Positions 63,080 through 64,000 of a stretch of 64,000 nt of DNA are shown here, one piece after another. The notes beneath the pieces were generated by a model. It was not told the DNA's origin. It did not search any database and worked only from the letters and a program-made list of their open reading frames with translations. The position numbers and the translations under genes are program-made. The stretch comes from Chiloscyllium plagiosum (Eukaryota). The stretch spans positions 11,379,160 through 11,443,159 of the forward strand of contig NC_057752.1 of assembly GCF_004010195.1 (NCBI RefSeq), written 5' to 3'. Positions within the stretch are counted from its first letter, which is position 1; each line of letters starts with the position of its first letter.

Positions 63080-64000
63080 TGTCTCCTGAAGAAGGTGACT
63101 GAGCACAGATGGACATTAACAATTCCAAATCTAGCTATTAACCAATTACAAAGTATTTGATCAACTTTTCATATCATTTGTCAAAGATTGCCTGTTTAGA
63201 AAGGTGGTACTGATGATTTGATGAATGATGAAGATTAGGGAATTTCAGTGCATGACATTCTGAGTGTCCTGTAAACCCAGTGAGCAGGAAGAATCACTCG
63301 TAATCATCTTCCCTTTGGCTAAAACTGAATTCATGCAAGCTTAAATTTAGTGCACACATCAAGTTTTCATATATCCGAGCAATTTCCACCACCAATAACA
63401 TTAAAGAACTTAAACTTTGAAATGACGCCATTGTATAGGAGAGTCAATGCAGACAATTGAGACCTGTGCTCCAATATGAACCTCTAGTGTATTAATAGGT
63501 AGGGGAACAACTTGCAGGCGTGAATGGTCCCCTACTGCTCCTATCTTTGTACACCATGTTCTTCTGATCAGTTTGCTGGAATAACAGAGAAACCAGGAGG
63601 CCTGGGTTCAAGTCCCACCTGTTCCAGAGGTGTGTAATGCCACCTCTGAACAGGTTTATCTGAAATTGTTGTAACATCGAGATCAGCAGAAGGCACACCT
63701 GAATGTCCAGTTTCCCAGCAGATGTTAGCAAGAGTAAATCCAGGGATAGAAGTAAATCAAGTTGACGATCTTAAAAGAAATGACTGACTGGTTCCAGTTG
63801 CTTGCTTATGGCAGATAAATTACATTTTGAACTTGATTCCTCTCAGGAAACAACCATAAATCCCTGAGCACAATGAAACCTGTCTGTAATGAATGTTCTT
63901 TGAGTAAAATATGTTTTTGTTATATGATGTGGTTAACTGTGATGAGGATAATGTAGTGAGTTACCAAGTCACCCTGAGAGGTTATTTCGTTCTGATGTAT

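Noticed and set aside
1..64000. CRISPR arrays, rRNA or prokaryotic operons
   Set aside because: No regularly spaced repeat-spacer array or rRNA-like sequence was seen, and the DNA is intron-containing vertebrate sequence.

Overview
Repeat-rich vertebrate genomic DNA, most likely from a shark: it contains an HE1/V-SINE-type SINE and many HER1/CR1-type LINEs. There are two assembly gaps (33737-34308 and 38859-39358). Two spliced genes lie on the + strand. (1) The last four coding exons and an apparently TE-free 3' UTR of about 2.5 kb of TFCP2 (LSF/CP2 family), at 4990-5099, 17338-17480, 26784-26835 and 28383-28420. (2) The first three coding exons of a Siglec/MAG-like Ig-superfamily gene: leader 50298-50340, V-set 51296-51664 and C2-set 52220-52519. 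Its V domain lacks the sialic-acid-binding Arg. The rest is mostly fragments of CR1-type, Rex1/Babar, L1-like and Penelope-like retrotransposons, SINEs and one TA-flanked MITE. The most notable hidden structure is three distinct short repeat families, two of them directly attached to Penelope GIY-YIG ORF remnants. All three carry a minimal hammerhead-ribozyme motif with compensatory stem changes, and they repeatedly insert as small fold-back elements with target-site duplications. Most ORFs in the supplied track are transposon debris or N-gap artefacts. Repeat boundaries are approximate unless a TSD is quoted.
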